NCBI GenBank assembly: GCA_019058275.1
Contig: JAHLVW010000082.1
Span: forward strand, 1-30,216
Source of the DNA: Candidatus Heimdallarchaeota archaeon
GTDB taxonomy: Archaea > Asgardarchaeota > Heimdallarchaeia > JABLTI01
Direction of reading: 5' to 3'
Length of the DNA: 30,216 bases
Shown here: positions 26,878 to 30,216 of the stretch, piece by piece
Layout of the letters: every line of letters begins with the position of its first letter
Numbering within the stretch: position 1 is the first letter of the stretch
The notes under the pieces: generated by a model
Databases searched by the model: none
Seen by the model: only the letters and a program-made list of their open reading frames with translations
Told to the model about the DNA's origin: nothing
Program-made: the position numbers and the translations under genes

Positions 26878-28865
26878 TCATACAATTTTGATATAGTTCT
26901 TTTTTGGAGAAAAGACGATTCCGTCTCGTTTCCACAGCTCAATTGTTTTCTCAATAAACTTCGAGCTCAAATTATTCTTAATTCCCAATTCTATCAAATC
27001 CCCCTCAAAAATAGGATCGCCATTTTCTTCTAGTTGCAGCATAGTTAAAAATTGCATTAATTTCTCGGTTTTACTATCTTCATGCCCCCCTTCCCCAAAC
27101 CTAACATTCTTAACTAAGTTAACTTTCTTAACTTCTTTTTCAGTTAACTTAGTTAGGTTAGTTAACTTTGTCCGAGGGGTAGGATTATCTTCTTTTGTTG
27201 AAGTTTTCAAAATAGTAGACTCGAGACTAGATAATTCTGGTTTTAGTTTTTCTTTTGAAAATATTTCTTGTATTTCTTCTCTATGCTTTAAATAAACGAA
27301 AGCTTGATGTTCAAAAATTTTCTTAGAAATATCTACATGTGTTTTATTACCTGTTCTTTTCTCAGCCTTCTTAAAACCAAGCCTAGTTAATCTACTAAGA
27401 ACTTTCTGGGAAGTAATTCCCTTAATTGATTCCTCAGAATCACTTATCTCTCCTGCAGCAACTAAAACATTTCTAAATTCATTCCGAATTGAAACTAATT
27501 TTACTTCCTTTCCATAAAATTCATTATCATATAATAATTCCATAAGCAAAATTAACCATGAATCTAAAGAGGAACTTTTCTTTCTGAATTTTTATAGCAT
27601 ACTCGAGAATATCATAGTAAATTGTTGTATCAACTAATTTAGCTATTGTCAAAATTGGTAAGAAAATTTCTTTATTACGATCATAAAGCTCTTGAATTTT
27701 TAACAATTCATTGTAAGTTTTGTTTACTTCATAATGATAAAATAATCTGCATGAGTATAGATTATCTCTTATCTCATCAAAATCACTAGATTTCAAATTA
27801 TCTTTTAGCTGTTTTCTTCCTTCATTTTTCATCATTGTAATTGTAATAGCTCTACTAACAAGCTCAGGAGCAATCCATTCTAATCTGGACCAAGCTTTTA
27901 ATCCAAAAACTTCAAAGAATTTTATATCATCAAAATTGTTTTCATTACATCTAGAAACCACTCCACCTTTTCTATAACCACTTAGTAAAATTGAAAGATA
28001 GATTTTTCCTTCTCTCTTTTTCAATAATTTCCCAAGTTCATCAATTCCCATCATACAATTGAAAGAGTTTAAAATTCTAAATGTTGCTGGTGTAGAAGGA
28101 TTCACGACATAGTGACCATAATAAGAAGAATGTGTTAAGCATTCAAGAAAAGTCGATTTACCACAATTAGCTTCTGATCCATAAAAATCAAAATAGGGAA
28201 AAGTATTGAATATTTCAGGGTAATAAGAGGTAATAGCAGCACAGGCTACAATATGAAAAACAATTGGTTCAAGATGAAATAGATATAATTGGTATTTCTC
28301 AACTAGTTTTTGGTACACTTCGATTAAAGAAATATATTCATTGTTTTTCTTTCTAAATCTCTCGAGGCAATTTACAGTAGGAGCAGTCCTTGGATCAATA
28401 GGTTTTTGACCTGGAAAAATTCTTTCTTTGTTTTCTCCTTTATCTCTCCAAAATTCAACTAAATCATTTTGTTTCTTTTGGTTTTCAGTATAATATATTA
28501 ATCTGCAAAAATTACTAATCCGATTTTTCTCCCTTAACTTATAATCTAACGCTAGTTTGATTAAATCATCTATTGTTTGCTCTTCGCTAACTTCGGTTTT
28601 CTTTTCTTTCTGCTGCTTCTTTCCTCTTGTTTTCCTTTCTTTACCGGATTTTGGTTTTTCTTTAATTGTTTCCGATTCCTTGAGAAGATTATCTGTGTTT
28701 TGTTTATCCTTGCTGTTCAGTTTTTGCAGTCCTCCTGGTTAGAATCTCTTGAGAAAGCTCAGGATCGATCTCTTCCAGGAGTTTAGCAGCAACAGCTATC
28801 TTTCGATTTTTGTTTTCATCGGAAGGATCGATTAGTATTAACTCATCGTCTTTTTTCTCTGTCAT
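26878..28865 (-). pseudogene. AAA+ helicase-like replication protein (DUF3631-associated type) with C-terminal MCM-like winged helix; two frameshifts
   Basis: ATG 28865 behind GGTGA; frameshifts near 28720 and 27577; Walker A YGSEANCGKST, Walker B MMGIDE, LLSGYRKGGVVSR, Arg-finger ELVSRAITITM; C-terminal IEKTIELWKRDGIVFSPKKNYIKIV. Confidence 0.8.
27100..27168. repeat. Intragenic cluster of 9-bp-period repeats arranged as an inverted repeat
   Basis: TAACTAAGTTAACT (27111-27124) / AGTTAACTTAGTTA (27142-27155) perfect 14-bp IR; units AGTTAACTT AGTTAGGTT AGTTAACTT. Confidence 0.8.
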
Positions 28866-28888
28866 TTATTGAATCACCTGTAAAAAAA

Positions 28889-29053
28889 CTAGGTTTCAGC
28901 TAACTCTTTCTCTAAAATTTTAGAATGGCTCTCAACAGCTTTTGTTATCTCTGGACCAAAGTAACCTTTTATTTTTCCATATTTTCTTACAACTAGAATT
29001 CTTAGTTTCTTTGCTGCTTCTACTTCACAAGGAATATTTTCTGTTTTGCTCAT
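28889..29053 (-). CDS. Small RHH-like regulator heading the replication operon (54 aa; not in ORF track)
   Basis: MSKTENIPCEVEAAKKLRILVVRKYGKIKGYFGPEITKAVESHSKILEKELAET; GGAGTG upstream; resembles archaeal CopG-like kyG..kG....ei.kA proteins. Confidence 0.65.
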   Translation of the reverse strand: MSKTENIPCEVEAAKKLRILVVRKYGKIKGYFGPEITKAVESHSKILEKELAET

Positions 29054-29095
29054 TTCTTATTTTCACTCCGTTTTTTAATCATATAATCATATATT

Positions 29096-29198
29096 CGAAA
29101 GTAATTTATATACCTATAACACTAAGGTTAACACGAAAAAAAGGGTTATAACTATAAACTAGTCGTTTTAATCGTGTTAATACGAAAAAAATGGTTAT
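29096..29198. promoter_or_regulatory. Divergent control region with a 23-bp direct repeat containing BRE/TATA-like sequence
   Basis: GTTAACACGAAAAAAAGGGTTAT (29127-29149) and GTTAATACGAAAAAAATGGTTAT (29176-29198), 2 mismatches. Confidence 0.65.
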
Positions 29199-29232
29199 TT
29201 TAAGTGCTAAAAATTACTAAGGAAAGAAAAAA

Positions 29233-30216
29233 ATGACTGAAATAACTGATATAATGACAGCTGGTGATCGATTATTTAAAGCAATAAAATTTTGGTTAGA
29301 TCTTTACAGAGGAGAAGAGAACAAAGCAAGAAATGTTTTGAAGAGTCTAGCTTTTCATATAAATAAAGATGATAAGAGAGGATTAACAAGGTATGAACTA
29401 TCTGTTGATTCTGAATTAGGAGTGAAAAAGTCTTGTCCTTTAAATGAAGAGTATAAATATTTCAAACACTCTAAAGAAAAAATTGGTAGAGGGGGACGTG
29501 ACGAATTAGTTGGAAGATTAAAAAAAGCAAACCTTGTAAAAGTTGTTGGAATGCGATCTAGGGGAGAATATACAAAAGCTCCTATATTTGGATTAACAGC
29601 AAATGGGGTTGTTTTTGCGATTTGTTTTTTGAATTGTTTTGATCAATCAGAGGAAATAATCTCTAATTATTTGGATCATAATAAACAAATAAAGAAGAGA
29701 GATGAGGATTTGGAGGTCTTCGAAGCATTACTTGCTATACCAGAAAAACAGCGAGAGAGACATCTAAAAAAAGGTTTTCAATTAACAACTGAATTATTCA
29801 TTGCTTTTTTTAGTGATTTTATATATAATCTTGATAATAATCCTTTTCAAAAAGAGGAAGCTAGCGAACAAGTCCTTACGTTCATACCTCATTTAAAATC
29901 ATTTTTTAATTCAAGAAGTTTAATGGTGTTTTTACCATTCATTTCTTCTCTCCTCCTTCCTATTCTATCAAGTGATGGAGATCTCCCTGATACAATTAAG
30001 AGTTTGGGAAATAAAATCATTAGTTTAGTTAGTAAAAGTTATTATTCAGGATTTATTTTAGAATTATCTACTCTTTATAACTTGCAGGCAAAATTTGGTT
30101 TAAAAAAACCGAATGAATCATATCAAGACATGATTTTCGAATCGGAGAATGCTCCCTATATCTGTATTTATTTCTTTTCTAATGAATTCAATAATAAAAT
30201 AATTAAGAGACTAAAA
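29233..30216 (+). CDS. 3'-partial protein with probable N-terminal winged-helix domain (not in ORF track)
   Basis: Open from ATG 29233 to the window end (328 codons): RNVLKSLA...GLTRYEL...LVGRLKKANLVKVVG...PIFGLTANG. Confidence 0.7.
   Translation, partial: MTEITDIMTAGDRLFKAIKFWLDLYRGEENKARNVLKSLAFHINKDDKRGLTRYELSVDSELGVKKSCPLNEEYKYFKHSKEKIGRGGRDELVGRLKKANLVKVVGMRSRGEYTKAPIFGLTANGVVFAICFLNCFDQSEEIISNYLDHNKQIKKRDEDLEVFEALLAIPEKQRERHLKKGFQLTTELFIAFFSDFIYNLDNNPFQKEEASEQVLTFIPHLKSFFNSRSLMVFLPFISSLLLPILSSDGDLPDTIKSLGNKIISLVSKSYYSGFILELSTLYNLQAKFGLKKPNESYQDMIFESENAPYICIYFFSNEFNNKIIKRLK

Larger units (their letters stand above)
19531..30216. mobile_element. Decaying integrated plasmid/provirus-like element (left boundary approximate; continues past the window)
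   Basis: Abrupt switch from intact housekeeping genes to small DNA-binding ORFs, TA-like genes and a primase/helicase/OB-fold replication module, with several nonsense and frameshift lesions. No integrase in the window. Confidence 0.8.

Noticed and set aside
27560-28740. Programmed ribosomal frameshifting in the helicase gene
   Set aside because: There are two separate shifts at short A runs with no evident slippery heptamer or stimulatory structure, in a region with many other lesions.
2476-28786. Other short overlapping or antisense ORFs (e.g. 2476, 2778, 3110, 5490, 5994, 6867, 7482, 9461, 11121, 11999, 12941, 13644, 16141, 17190, 21571, 24232, 25796, 26509, 28557, 28577)
   Set aside because: They are shadows of better-supported genes and have no recognisable motifs.

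Overview
Low-GC archaeal DNA, plausibly Asgard/Heimdallarchaeia-like (an inference from eS26, an archaeal-type AlaRS and a stand-alone 7TM protein, not proven). Bases 1 to ~19300 are intact core chromosome: the end of the spc ribosomal operon (eL32 tail, eL19, uL18, uS5, uL30, uL15, with no secY after it), alaS, a Gfo/Idh/MocA dehydrogenase, tRNA-Gln(CUG), a four-subunit 2-oxoacid:ferredoxin oxidoreductase operon, MBL hydrolase, GNAT, M24 peptidase, PadR, eS26, a TrmY-like SPOUT methyltransferase, UPF0147 and membrane hypotheticals. From ~19500 to the right edge lies a decaying integrated plasmid- or virus-like element. Its left end carries a cas-less array of four 30-bp palindromic repeats, with two 36-37-bp spacers and one 153-bp hairpin-rich interval. 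Next come a broken wHTH gene, a divergent DUF4258 / double-YgiT-finger toxin-antitoxin-like pair, duplicated AbrB modules, a CPBP protease pseudogene and RHH regulators. A replication operon follows: RHH, an AAA+ helicase-like gene with an embedded inverted-repeat cluster, an N-terminally truncated AEP-PriX-like primase, a Zn ribbon and an OB-fold protein. No integrase or att site is visible in the window. All family calls come from motif recognition by eye; no database searches were run.
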